From: Planctomycetota bacterium
GTDB taxonomy: Bacteria > Planctomycetota > B15-G4
Length of the DNA stretch: 64,000 nucleotides
Assembly (NCBI GenBank): GCA_029259695.1
Contig: JAJDEQ010000056.1
Coordinates: 30,746-94,745, forward strand
Direction: 5' to 3'
The notes below the pieces were generated by a model. It was not told the DNA's origin. It made no database searches and saw only the letters and a program-made list of their open reading frames with translations. Shown piece by piece: positions 26,727 to 36,024 of this stretch (its first letter is position 1; each line of letters opens with the position of its first letter). Both the position numbers and the translations under genes were made by a program.

Positions 26727-29363
26727 TCAGTCCTCGTCGAGTGCGCTCAGCATCGACTGGCAGGACGAGATCAGCGCGCGCTGGCCGGTCGTGCGCTCGC
26801 AGTCGCTGCCGAGACGAGCCGCGTCGGTTCGGATCGCCCGTTCGAGCAGGTCGCGCGCGCGCGCTCCCGCTGCGGGATCGTCCTTTCGCCGGGAGAGCGT
26901 CACGAGTCCCTGGGCCGCGTCGTGCAGCACGGCCGTCTGGCTGCCGTTGAGTTCGATCGCGCGGACCATGGGGACCAGGTAGGCGTCGATGTCATCGCTG
27001 CTGAGACTCTGCGGTGATCCGCGCAAGGCGACCTGCTCGCCACGCAGCGCTCGTCCCAGGGCGAAGGCGGCGCGCCAGCAGTGCGGGTCGAGGTCGATGG
27101 CGGCCTGGGCGTGTTCGGCCGCTTGACGCAGGAGCGCGCCGGGGTCATCGGCCCTCGCCGCGAGTCGGCGTGACGCCCGGGCCAGACCCAGCTGCCCCAG
27201 CAAGGGCGCGGCGTTCGGTTGGATCAGCCGCTCGAAGCAGTCTCGTCCGTACTCGTACCAGTCCAGGGCGTCGGCCCGGGCCTGGTCGGCGGCGGCGGAC
27301 TCGCCCCCGGCCGACAGTCGCTGCGCATCGGCCTCGAACTGCTCTCCGGCCTGCAGCGCCCGCGTGCCGCACCAGGCGACGACCTGGGGCGGGGTCGAGT
27401 CGTCGAAGTCGCGACGGCGGTGGGCCACGAGGGCTTGGGGCGCGCCGCGCAACTGCAGGTAGCGGTCGCGCAGGTCGAGCACGCGGCCCGTCTGCGCCGG
27501 ATCGTCGTCGGCCACGTCGAGGGCGCGCTCGGCGATGGCCCAACGGCCGGCCTCGCGGGCGATGACGTGCAGCGCCAGATTGGCGTCGGCGTCGTCCGGC
27601 TTCCATTTGATGAAGTCGTCGAGGTAGTCCTGCGCCTCGGTGAAGCGGCACTGCTGGACCAGCAGCTGGGCCAACTCGAGGTTGAGCTGGTCGCGGTCCG
27701 CGTCGGGCAGACGCCCGGCGGCGACGAAGGCCGCGCGGGCGTCGTCGGCCCGGCCCAGGTCCCGATACAGGTCGCCGATCAGGCGCCAGTCGGCCCAGCC
27801 GGCGTCGGCGCTCGAACGTTCCAGGTCGGCAGCGGCCCGGCGGGCTTCGTCTTCGCGCCCGAGGGTCACGTGGATCGCCAGACGCAGCGCGTCGTGCACG
27901 GCCCGCTGGTCGCCGGCGTCGGTCTCGTCGGCCGCGCGGGTCCAGCTCTCGGCGACCGTCGGTCGCTCTCGCTTGAGGTAGGCGTAGGCCAGCAGCATCC
28001 GGTCCTCGAGACCGAAGCGCTCGCCCCACGCGGTCTCGTAACCCACCAGATCGCCCACGTCGATGCGGTCGCCCACCGACTCGCGTCGGACGGCGGTGGT
28101 CAGCGCGCCGCGGTCGGTGCTGTGGAGTTGGGCCGTCTTCTGTTCGTGGATCCCGAGCACGGCGACCGCGCCCAGGCCCAGGGCCAGCCCCCACGCGGGC
28201 AGGGCGCCCCAGCGTCGCGCGCGGGCCAGGCGCACGCCCAGCAGCGAGAGCGGCCAGGCGAGCAGCAGGGCGCTCGCGGCGGCGAGCCCCAGGCGCAGAT
28301 CGTGGGTGTTCACGTCGCTGGCCGCGCGGCCCGAGAGCCAGAAGTCCAGTGCGAACCAGGCGGTGGGGACCAGCAGCGCCACGACCGCCAGGGTGGAGGT
28401 CGCCAGCAGCTTGAGCGAGCGGAACGAGCGTCCCACCACGCTGAGGGGACGGGCCTCGGTGGACTCGCCCGCCAGGAAGCGCCCCAGGTCGGCGGCGAAA
28501 TCCGCCGCGCTGGCGTAGCGGTCGTCGGGGGACTTCTCCAGCGCCTTGAGGCAGACGGCCTCGAGGTCGGCGTGCACACCCGGCTGGATCTTGCGCGGCG
28601 GCTTGGGCGCGCGGGTGAGGATGTCCAGGAACATGGACTGCATGCTGTCGCTGGCGAAGGGGACCCGGTTGGTGAGCAGGCGATAGAGCAGCGCGCCCAG
28701 GCTGTAGACGTCGGTGCGCGCGTCGACCCCGTCGGGCTTGGCCTGGATCTGCTCGGGGCTCATGTAGTGCGGTGTGCCCATGACCGCACCCGTGCGCGAC
28801 AGCCCCAGCTTGTCCTCCAGCCGCGCCAGGCCGAAGTCGGAGATCTTGGGGATTCCCGTCTGCGTCATGAGCACGTTGGCCGGCTTCATGTCGCGGTGGA
28901 TGATCTTGTGCTCGTGGGCGTGCTGCAGGCCGTCGGCGAGTTGACGCACGATGCCGGCCGACCACGAGCAGTGGTTGATGTCGGTCTGCTGCACGGCCAG
29001 CCGGCGCTGCTCGCAGATGTCCTCCAGGCTGCCGCCGTCCACGAACTCCTGCAGCAGCAGGTGGTGTCCGTGGGCCTCCTCCAGGCCGAACGCAGCCACG
29101 ATGTTCTGGTGGCTCAGGCGTGCGGCGGCCTCGGCCTCGCGGTGGAAACGGTCGACCTGTTCCTGGGTGAAGGCGACCTCCCGTGGCAGCACCTTGACCG
29201 CCACGCGGCGGTCGATCGACACCTGGTGGCCCGCGAACACCACGCCCTGCGCGCCCCGGCCGATCTCGTCGCCGAGCACCAGGTCGCCGAATCGCGCTCC
29301 GGTCTCGAGCGCCGGCGCCGCGGGGGTGCTCTGGTCCTCGTCCTGCCCGGTTTCCTCACTCAC
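26727..29363 (-). CDS. Membrane-spanning Hanks-type Ser/Thr kinase with C-terminal TPR-like domain (paralog A)
   Basis: 'IGRGAQGVV', 'VAVKVL', 'HRDMKPANVL', 'DFGLA', 'YMSPEQ'. Three hydrophobic segments follow the kinase domain ('LATSTLAVVALLVPTAWFALDFWL', 'LGLAAASALLLAWPLSLLGV', 'ALPAWGLALGLGAVAVLGI'). Start is uncertain: GTG 29363 was chosen for N-terminal length parity with paralog B, and the track ORF extends to 29525 through C/W/H-rich codons. Confidence 0.85.
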   Translation of the reverse strand: MSEETGQDEDQSTPAAPALETGARFGDLVLGDEIGRGAQGVVFAGHQVSIDRRVAVKVLPREVAFTQEQVDRFHREAEAAARLSHQNIVAAFGLEEAHGHHLLLQEFVDGGSLEDICEQRRLAVQQTDINHCSWSAGIVRQLADGLQHAHEHKIIHRDMKPANVLMTQTGIPKISDFGLARLEDKLGLSRTGAVMGTPHYMSPEQIQAKPDGVDARTDVYSLGALLYRLLTNRVPFASDSMQSMFLDILTRAPKPPRKIQPGVHADLEAVCLKALEKSPDDRYASAADFAADLGRFLAGESTEARPLSVVGRSFRSLKLLATSTLAVVALLVPTAWFALDFWLSGRAASDVNTHDLRLGLAAASALLLAWPLSLLGVRLARARRWGALPAWGLALGLGAVAVLGIHEQKTAQLHSTDRGALTTAVRRESVGDRIDVGDLVGYETAWGERFGLEDRMLLAYAYLKRERPTVAESWTRAADETDAGDQRAVHDALRLAIHVTLGREDEARRAAADLERSSADAGWADWRLIGDLYRDLGRADDARAAFVAAGRLPDADRDQLNLELAQLLVQQCRFTEAQDYLDDFIKWKPDDADANLALHVIAREAGRWAIAERALDVADDDPAQTGRVLDLRDRYLQLRGAPQALVAHRRRDFDDSTPPQVVAWCGTRALQAGEQFEADAQRLSAGGESAAADQARADALDWYEYGRDCFERLIQPNAAPLLGQLGLARASRRLAARADDPGALLRQAAEHAQAAIDLDPHCWRAAFALGRALRGEQVALRGSPQSLSSDDIDAYLVPMVRAIELNGSQTAVLHDAAQGLVTLSRRKDDPAAGARARDLLERAIRTDAARLGSDCERTTGQRALISSCQSMLSALDED

Positions 29364-29755
29364 GGCGGCATGATAGACGAGCAGCGGCCGCCTCCGGCGC
29401 CCGCCCCACCCGGCTTCCGATCCCGGGGTACACTGCCAGGTGTCGCGATCCGAGTGGGAGGTCGGGCCGCGGCAGTGGAAGAAGACGTCAGGAGAAGAGT
29501 GCATGCCGTTCGCGCCCGCCCCCACGGGTCGCGCCGCCGGGTCATGGGATGCCCCGGGCGGTCCTCCGTACCTGCGCCCGCCGTGGTCGGGTGCGGAGTC
29601 CGGTGACGCTTCTGTCTCGCCTCGTTTTCGGCCTTCGTCCCCCCGCGCGCTGCCCTTGATCAGAAGGTGAGAGCCTTGGATCCAGGTCGGCGCACTCCGA
29701 AACGCGGCATCCGGCAGCGCGGTCGCGCTGCCGCCGCCGGAAGGATCACGTCGCG

Positions 29756-32700
29756 ATGAACCGCCCCCGCCCCCGTGTCTTGCAGTGTCTGGTGGCTCCG
29801 TCCCCCGGCGCGCCCGTCCCCCCGCCCCGGCTCGAGAGTGCTCGGGGAGCGGACGGGCTGCCGCGGCGCCCCGACCGTGGCGCCCCGTGGCTGCGGGCGG
29901 CGACGACGGCTCTGGCGCTGTGCCTGCTGACGACGGTCGGAACGGCCCAGCTGTCCGGTGAGGTCGCCGGGCAGCAGAAGCTCGGACCGTTCGACGGCTT
30001 CAGCGGTGCCGTGCTGTGCAACGCCGATCGCCTGGGTGGCGCCGTGGCCAACGTCGGTGACGTGAACGGTGACGGCGTGGTCGACCTGGCCCTGGGCATG
30101 CCCGGCGACAACGGACAGGGTGCGCCGGACTTCGCTGATCGGGGCGCGCTCTGGGTCGCCTTCATGCGCGCCGACGGCGGGCTGTCCGGCCGCCGACTGG
30201 TCGCGGACGAACTGGGCGGCTTCGGGCCCGGGCTCGACGACGGCGACGAATTCGGCGCGGCCCTCGCCGGCCTGGGCGACCTCGACGGCGACGGTGTGCC
30301 CGACGTCGCGGTGGGCGCTCCCGGCGACGATGACGGCGGCGTCGACCAGGGCGCGCTGTGGGTGCTGTTGCTCGAGGTCGACGGCAGCGTCAAGTCGCGC
30401 TCCAAGATCTCGGCCACCGCCGGCGGACCGGCGTTCCCCGCGCTCGCGCCGGGCGACGGGTTCGGCACCGCGCTCACGGCCGTGGGTGACGTCAACGGCG
30501 ACGGGGTGGTGGACCTCGTGGTCGGCGCGCCGGGCGACGACGTCGCCGCCGCGGGCGCAGGCGCCGTGCACCTGTTGTTCCTGGACGCCGGCGGAGGCGT
30601 GGTCGCCGCCCAACGCATCACCGCGGGCGAAGGTGGGTTCGTCGGTCCGCTGGGATCGGGCGCCCGCTTCGGATCGTCGGCCGCCGAGCTCGGGGACGTG
30701 GACGGGAACGGCACGGGCGAAGTGGCCGTGGGCGCCGTGGGTGACGGCGTGACCGACACCGGCGCGGTGTGGGTGCTCTCGCTGGATGTCTTCGGCAACG
30801 TGGTGGACGAACACCGCATCGCGGCGGGCGAGGGCGGTTTCGGCGGCGCGCTGGCCGCGGGCGATCGGTTCGGCGCCGCGCTGGCGGCCACCGGTGACCT
30901 GAGCGGTGACGGCTTCACCGAACTGGCCGTGGGCGCGCCGGGCGACGGCACGTCGGGTCCCGGTCGCTCCGGCGCGGTGTGGGTGGCCCTGCTCGCCGCG
31001 GACGCCCAGGTGAAGTCCGAGGTCAAGATCGCGGCGGGCCAGGGGGGCTTCGACGGCAGCCAGACCATCGCCACCGGCAACCCGCTCGAGTTCGGCGCGG
31101 CCCTCGCGCCCCTGGGCGACCTGGACGGTGACCAGGTGGTGGACCTCGTGATCGGCACGCCCTGGGACGAGTTCCTGCTGGGCCCGCAGACCCAGTTGGG
31201 CGCCGCGTGGGTGGTGTTCATGGAAGGCGTGCCGCCCCAGACCCCGTACTCGCCGCCCAACGTGGGCGGCCCGATCCCGGGGCGCGCGGGGCGCAGCGCG
31301 CTCGTGCTGCCGCCCGCGCTGCCCGATGACGGGAGCACGCCCGACGACCTGATCGAGGAGCCGATCGTCGTCACGCCGCGCAACGACGGCGGCAGCCTCA
31401 CGACCCAGGGCATCAGCGCCCTGGCCGGAGGGGAACTGGCGGTCACGCTCACGGGCGAGTTCAGCACGGGCGTGAACCCCAGCATGGCGGCGACGGCCGA
31501 CTTCGACGGAGACGGAGCCCCGGACGTCGTGGCGGCCAACCAGGGTTCGGACAGCTTCACCGCCCTGATCGGCAACCCCGACCAGGGTCCGATCTTCGAG
31601 TCGATGGGTGAGACGGCCGTGCAGGACTCCGAACCCCTGGCCATCGTGGCCGGCACGCTCGGTGCGGCCGGCGCCGCGGGTGTGGCGCTGGTGGCGGAGA
31701 AGGGCGTGTCGACCTTCAGCTTCGACCCCGGGGCGCCGACCTCGTTCAGCTTCTCGTCCTTCACCGCGGTCGACGACGGGCTCGACCTCGACCTGGGCGA
31801 CGTGACCGGTGACGGGCTGGCCGACATCGTCACCGCCACGGGCGCTGTGGCCGTGGGTGGCGTGGAGAGCGGCGCCGCGGTCGTGCTGCAGGGCGAGCCG
31901 GGCGGTGGTTTCACCGAGATCGGCTCGTTCGCCGAGGGTCACGCGGTGGCGTCGGTGCGCCTCTCGGACTGGAACAACGACGGCAACCTCGACGCGCTGA
32001 TCGCGGTGCACGAAGCAACCGGCGGCCCCGTAGGCGAACCGCAGGGCCTGGTGCAACTGCACCTGGGCGACGGTGCCGGCGGCTTCCAGCTCTCCGCCGA
32101 GGTCGCCTTCCCCAGCCGCGACGGCACCCATCCCACCTTCGCCGACGTGGAGGACGTGAACCGCGACGGCTTCGTGGACGCTGTCTTCACCCAGTCCGAC
32201 AACCGCGCCTTCCCCGTGGATGCGTTCGCCGACGAACAGCCACCGATTGCCGTCGTCGTGCTGATCAACGACCAGGCCGGGGGCTTCCTGCAGGAGAGCG
32301 TGATCGCCACGGCCTACGTGGGCAAGGGCGTCACCCCGTTGCTGGGCAACGTGGTCGATTTCCAGGACGGCGCCGGCACGGTCGACCTGGTCGTGGTCTT
32401 CTACAACGACACGAGCGCCGGGGGCGGCATGCCGTCGGGTGGCGGGACGACGTTCCAGTCGTTCGTGGTCGTGCTGCAAGGCGACGGCATGGGCAACTTC
32501 GTCGATCCCAACCCGATCCCGGCCGGCGACGGACCGGGCAACGGCGACGTGGGCGAGCTGGGCGAAGTGGGCGCCGACGGGGGCGGGGCGGGGAACGCAC
32601 CGGACCTGTTGTTCCCCGACGGGCCCGGCAACCAGGTGATCGTGCTGCTCGGCAACGGCGACGGCACCTTCCGCGACGACGTGCCCCCCGTTCCCAACGT

Positions 32701-34138
32701 CGATGAACTCGACGCCGAACAGCTCGGGCCGGACTGGGTCGGCGGCCCCCGCGCGTTGCGGCTCGACGCCCTCGACGACGACGGCATCTCCGACCTCGTC
32801 GTGCTCAACCAGTGGGACGAGGTCGTGCCCGGGCCTCCGGGCCTGGTCGGTGCGGGCAGCCAGCAGGTGCTGGCCAGCCTCACGCTGTTCCTCGGCGCCG
32901 GCGAGGGCGAGTTCGTGCGCACGCAGTACGTCCCGCTGGAGCAGAGCGGTGAGTTCGCCCTGGGCGACGTCACCGGCGACGGCCTCACCGACGTGGTGGT
33001 GACCCAGCGCATCGGTGCGGGCGGCGCCCGGGTCGTGCTCGTGTTCCCGGGCGACGGCACCGGGCGTGTGGGTGACCCGACCGAACTGCGCCTGCCCCTC
33101 AGCAAGCAGCTCAGCGGGGGCCTGGCCCTGTCCGACGTGGACGACGACGGCGACCTGGACGTGATCACCTCGTGCACCTTCCAGTCCGGTTTCCTGGCAC
33201 TGGGCGACGGGGGCGCCGACGGGGCGCTGGCCGTCTTCGAAAACGAAGGTGACGGGTTCGTCGTGCGCACGTTCGTGATGGGCGCCGCATGGAGCGAAGT
33301 GCGCAGCCTGGAACTGGCGGACGCCGACGGCGACGCCGCGCCCGACGTGTTCATGGGCGAGCTCGAGGGACGCTTGTTCGTCGCGCTGGCCGACGGCTCG
33401 GGCGGTTTCGAGCCGGCCGTGCTCGACGGCGTGTCGGCCGACGTGGGCGGCGGCGCCCTGGGCGTGGGCGACCTCAACGGCGACGGGTTGACCGACGTCG
33501 TGTCGGTCCAGGACGCGACCAACGGCGAACTCGACCAGGCCTTCGTGCGCACGCTGCTGGCCCAGGGTGAGGGGCGCTTCGCGGTGGGCCAGGTGCCGGG
33601 CTTGCAGGCCACGGGCCTGAGCGGCTCGCTGCGTCCGCTGCTGGCCGACCTGGACGACGACGGCGCCAACGACATCGTGCTCGTGCACGGCGACGCCGGT
33701 TCGGTCTCGGTGCTGCTCAACGAACTCAACACGTTCGAGGAGTTCGGCCCGGGCAAGCCGGGGTCGGGCGGTTTCGTGCCGCGCATCGCGGGCCGCGGGT
33801 ACACCACCCTCGGCGGCCGGGTCGAGATCGAGATCAGCGACGTGCTGGGTGGCGCCACCGCGCTGTTGTGCGTGGGCATCGGCCGGGCCGACCTGCCCGA
33901 AGAGCCCTACCTGGCGATCGGCTCGCTGGCCTTCGACTCGTCGCTGCAGGTCAGCGGCCCGAAGGGTGTGCCGGGTGCCGGCGGCCTGACCTTCGACGGC
34001 ACCGTGCGCGACGTGCCCGGCTTCCTGGGCGTCGAGATCGTGCTGCAGGTCGTCGTGTTCGACCCGGGCGCCGACACGTTGCCCGGTCCGCCCGGCCTGG
34101 CCCTGAGCAACGGGTTGTCCGTGACCATCGTGCAGTGA
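29756..34138 (+). CDS. Giant (1460 aa) FG-GAP / VCBS (integrin-alpha-like) repeat surface protein
   Basis: GGAAGGA lies 10 nt upstream of ATG 29756. Hydrophobic signal-like 'AATTALALCLLTTVGTAQ'. More than 15 FG-GAP cores, for example 'GDVNGDGVVDLALGMPGD', 'GDLDGDGVPDVAVGAPGDD', 'GDVNGDGVVDLVVGAPGDD', 'GDLSGDGFTELAVGAPGDG', 'DFDGDGAPDVVAAN', 'DVDDDGDLDVIT'. Confidence 0.85.
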   Translation: MNRPRPRVLQCLVAPSPGAPVPPPRLESARGADGLPRRPDRGAPWLRAATTALALCLLTTVGTAQLSGEVAGQQKLGPFDGFSGAVLCNADRLGGAVANVGDVNGDGVVDLALGMPGDNGQGAPDFADRGALWVAFMRADGGLSGRRLVADELGGFGPGLDDGDEFGAALAGLGDLDGDGVPDVAVGAPGDDDGGVDQGALWVLLLEVDGSVKSRSKISATAGGPAFPALAPGDGFGTALTAVGDVNGDGVVDLVVGAPGDDVAAAGAGAVHLLFLDAGGGVVAAQRITAGEGGFVGPLGSGARFGSSAAELGDVDGNGTGEVAVGAVGDGVTDTGAVWVLSLDVFGNVVDEHRIAAGEGGFGGALAAGDRFGAALAATGDLSGDGFTELAVGAPGDGTSGPGRSGAVWVALLAADAQVKSEVKIAAGQGGFDGSQTIATGNPLEFGAALAPLGDLDGDQVVDLVIGTPWDEFLLGPQTQLGAAWVVFMEGVPPQTPYSPPNVGGPIPGRAGRSALVLPPALPDDGSTPDDLIEEPIVVTPRNDGGSLTTQGISALAGGELAVTLTGEFSTGVNPSMAATADFDGDGAPDVVAANQGSDSFTALIGNPDQGPIFESMGETAVQDSEPLAIVAGTLGAAGAAGVALVAEKGVSTFSFDPGAPTSFSFSSFTAVDDGLDLDLGDVTGDGLADIVTATGAVAVGGVESGAAVVLQGEPGGGFTEIGSFAEGHAVASVRLSDWNNDGNLDALIAVHEATGGPVGEPQGLVQLHLGDGAGGFQLSAEVAFPSRDGTHPTFADVEDVNRDGFVDAVFTQSDNRAFPVDAFADEQPPIAVVVLINDQAGGFLQESVIATAYVGKGVTPLLGNVVDFQDGAGTVDLVVVFYNDTSAGGGMPSGGGTTFQSFVVVLQGDGMGNFVDPNPIPAGDGPGNGDVGELGEVGADGGGAGNAPDLLFPDGPGNQVIVLLGNGDGTFRDDVPPVPNVDELDAEQLGPDWVGGPRALRLDALDDDGISDLVVLNQWDEVVPGPPGLVGAGSQQVLASLTLFLGAGEGEFVRTQYVPLEQSGEFALGDVTGDGLTDVVVTQRIGAGGARVVLVFPGDGTGRVGDPTELRLPLSKQLSGGLALSDVDDDGDLDVITSCTFQSGFLALGDGGADGALAVFENEGDGFVVRTFVMGAAWSEVRSLELADADGDAAPDVFMGELEGRLFVALADGSGGFEPAVLDGVSADVGGGALGVGDLNGDGLTDVVSVQDATNGELDQAFVRTLLAQGEGRFAVGQVPGLQATGLSGSLRPLLADLDDDGANDIVLVHGDAGSVSVLLNELNTFEEFGPGKPGSGGFVPRIAGRGYTTLGGRVEIEISDVLGGATALLCVGIGRADLPEEPYLAIGSLAFDSSLQVSGPKGVPGAGGLTFDGTVRDVPGFLGVEIVLQVVVFDPGADTLPGPPGLALSNGLSVTIVQ

Positions 34139-34151
34139 GGAGCGACTCGCC

Positions 34152-35963
34152 GTGACCACCGACGCACACCCCTTCCCGGCCGCCGTGAGCGAACGCTTCG
34201 ACGTGCGCGAGGAGCTGGTGCGCACGGAGCTCGAGGTGCTCGCGCGGGCACAGGATCGCACCCTGGGGCGCGAGGTCGTGCTCAAGGCCCTGGGGCCCGC
34301 GGCCGTCGAGGCGCTCGCGTCCCGTGAGGATCGCGAGCGGGCGTTGCGCGAGGCGCGCGCCCTGGCGCGGATCGATGGCGACGGCGTGGTGCGCCTGCTG
34401 GACGTGCTCGAGACGGAGCGCGGCCCGGTGCTGGTGCTCGAGCCCTTCGCGGGGGAGAGCCTGGCCGAGCGGCTCGCGCGGCACGCGGGTGAACCGATGG
34501 ACCCGGCCGACGTGCGTCGCCTGGCGTTCGACCTGGCCACGGCCCTGGAGAGCGTGCACCGCGCCGGCGTGGTCCACCGCGGGCTGTCGACGGGCAGTGT
34601 GCTGCTGAGCGCGGCGGGTCGACCGCGGCTCACGGGCTTCAGCTTCGCCCGCTGGGATCGCGCCACCGGCATGACCTCGATCGACTACGGTCGCGCGTCG
34701 TCGGATGCGGCCGGCAGCGAGGCCGTCGTGCTGCGACCGACGCACCCGGCCCCGGAGCAGGTGGCCGGCCAGCCGGCCGACGCGCGTTCCGATGTCTTCG
34801 CCCTGGGCTGCGTGCTGTACGAGTGCCTCACGGCGCGCAACCCGTTCCCCGCCGAGGACCCCGTCGATCGCGTCGCACCGCCGCCGGCGCACAAGCTGGT
34901 GCGGGACGTGCCCCGCGACCTGTCCGAACTGGTGGAGCGCTGCCTGGCGCGCAACCCGCTCAACCGGCCCCAGTCCGCGGGGGAGGTCGCGACCCAGTTG
35001 GCTGCGTTCGCCGACGAGTCACCCGCTGAGGCCGGCGAACGCCGTCATGCCTGGTGGCGCCCCGACGTGATGCAGTTGGCGCTGGCAGGCGCCGCCCTGT
35101 TCGCCGTGTGGGTGTTCGCCTTGCGCGGTGACGGAGAGGACGGCGAGCGTGGCGTCCAGCTGCTCGACCAAGACGCAGCCAGCGCAACCGTCGGGAGGAG
35201 CGGTGCGCCTGCCCTGCAAGCGTCCTACGTCGCCTCCCACGCGTTGCTGATCGGCATCGGCGAGGTGTACGCCGACCAGCGCTTCCCCGCACTCAGCAAC
35301 GCCGAGGCCGACGTCGCCGCGCTCGCTGCAAGGCTCGACGAGATGACCTGGGAGAACTGGCAGACGACCACGCTCACCGGAGCGGCGGCCACGCGCCAGG
35401 GCATCCTCAGCGCGCTGCGCGACGTGGAGCATCGTGCCGGGCCCGACGACCGGGTGTTCATCTACTACGCGGGGCACGGTGAGCCCCACGAACGGGCCAG
35501 CGAGAGCGGCTGGATCATCCCCGCGGGCGCTCGCCGCCAGGCGGAGGATCCCAGTCGCGCCGACTGGATCCGCTTCGACGAGTTCAGTCGCTTCTTCGAC
35601 GAGTCGGAGGCCAAGCACATCCTGGTGGCCATGGACTGTTGCTACAGCGGGCGCCTGGCCGCGCCCCGCTCCGCCACGTCCACGCGCTACAGCGAACGCT
35701 TCCTGCGCAGCAAGGCCCACGTCGTGATCACCTCCGGGCGTCGCTTCGAGGTGGTGTCGGACGGTGTGGCCGGCGCCCACTCGCCCTTCACCCGCGCCTT
35801 CCTCGACGCGCTGTCGCGCACCGACACCGAGGCCATGACCTCCAGTGCGCTGTACAGCGAGATCGCGGACGCGTTCGTCCAGGAGGGCATCGGCCAGACG
35901 CCGCAGTTCGCCTACCCGCCACGGCAGTCCCTGGGTCAGTTCGTCTTCTTCCTGCAGCCGTGA
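34152..35963 (+). CDS. Pseudokinase - TM helix - caspase-like (peptidase C14) fusion protein, 603 aa
   Basis: The N-terminal protein-kinase fold has degenerate catalytic motifs: no G-loop glycines, 'HRGLSTGS' in place of HRDLKPxN, and 'GFS' in place of DFG, while 'VVLKAL' and 'APE' are retained. TM helix 'VMQLALAGAALFAVWVFAL'. The C-terminal caspase domain keeps the His/Cys dyad ('FIYYAGHGE', 'VAMDCCYSG'). GTG start lies 13 nt after the FG-GAP stop. Confidence 0.8.
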   Translation: MTTDAHPFPAAVSERFDVREELVRTELEVLARAQDRTLGREVVLKALGPAAVEALASREDRERALREARALARIDGDGVVRLLDVLETERGPVLVLEPFAGESLAERLARHAGEPMDPADVRRLAFDLATALESVHRAGVVHRGLSTGSVLLSAAGRPRLTGFSFARWDRATGMTSIDYGRASSDAAGSEAVVLRPTHPAPEQVAGQPADARSDVFALGCVLYECLTARNPFPAEDPVDRVAPPPAHKLVRDVPRDLSELVERCLARNPLNRPQSAGEVATQLAAFADESPAEAGERRHAWWRPDVMQLALAGAALFAVWVFALRGDGEDGERGVQLLDQDAASATVGRSGAPALQASYVASHALLIGIGEVYADQRFPALSNAEADVAALAARLDEMTWENWQTTTLTGAAATRQGILSALRDVEHRAGPDDRVFIYYAGHGEPHERASESGWIIPAGARRQAEDPSRADWIRFDEFSRFFDESEAKHILVAMDCCYSGRLAAPRSATSTRYSERFLRSKAHVVITSGRRFEVVSDGVAGAHSPFTRAFLDALSRTDTEAMTSSALYSEIADAFVQEGIGQTPQFAYPPRQSLGQFVFFLQP

Positions 35964-36024
35964 CAGGCTCGGCAATGGCGCGGCCACGTGCATCGCACCG
36001 TCGTCGGCGGCTTCGATCTCGTCG

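Noticed and set aside
29660-34672. A 1670-aa ORF on the - strand, the longest single alternative in the window
   Set aside because: It is antisense to the FG-GAP giant gene, which has more than 15 canonical Ca-binding FG-GAP motifs. The - strand translation is low-complexity (R/A/G/H/V) with no motif.
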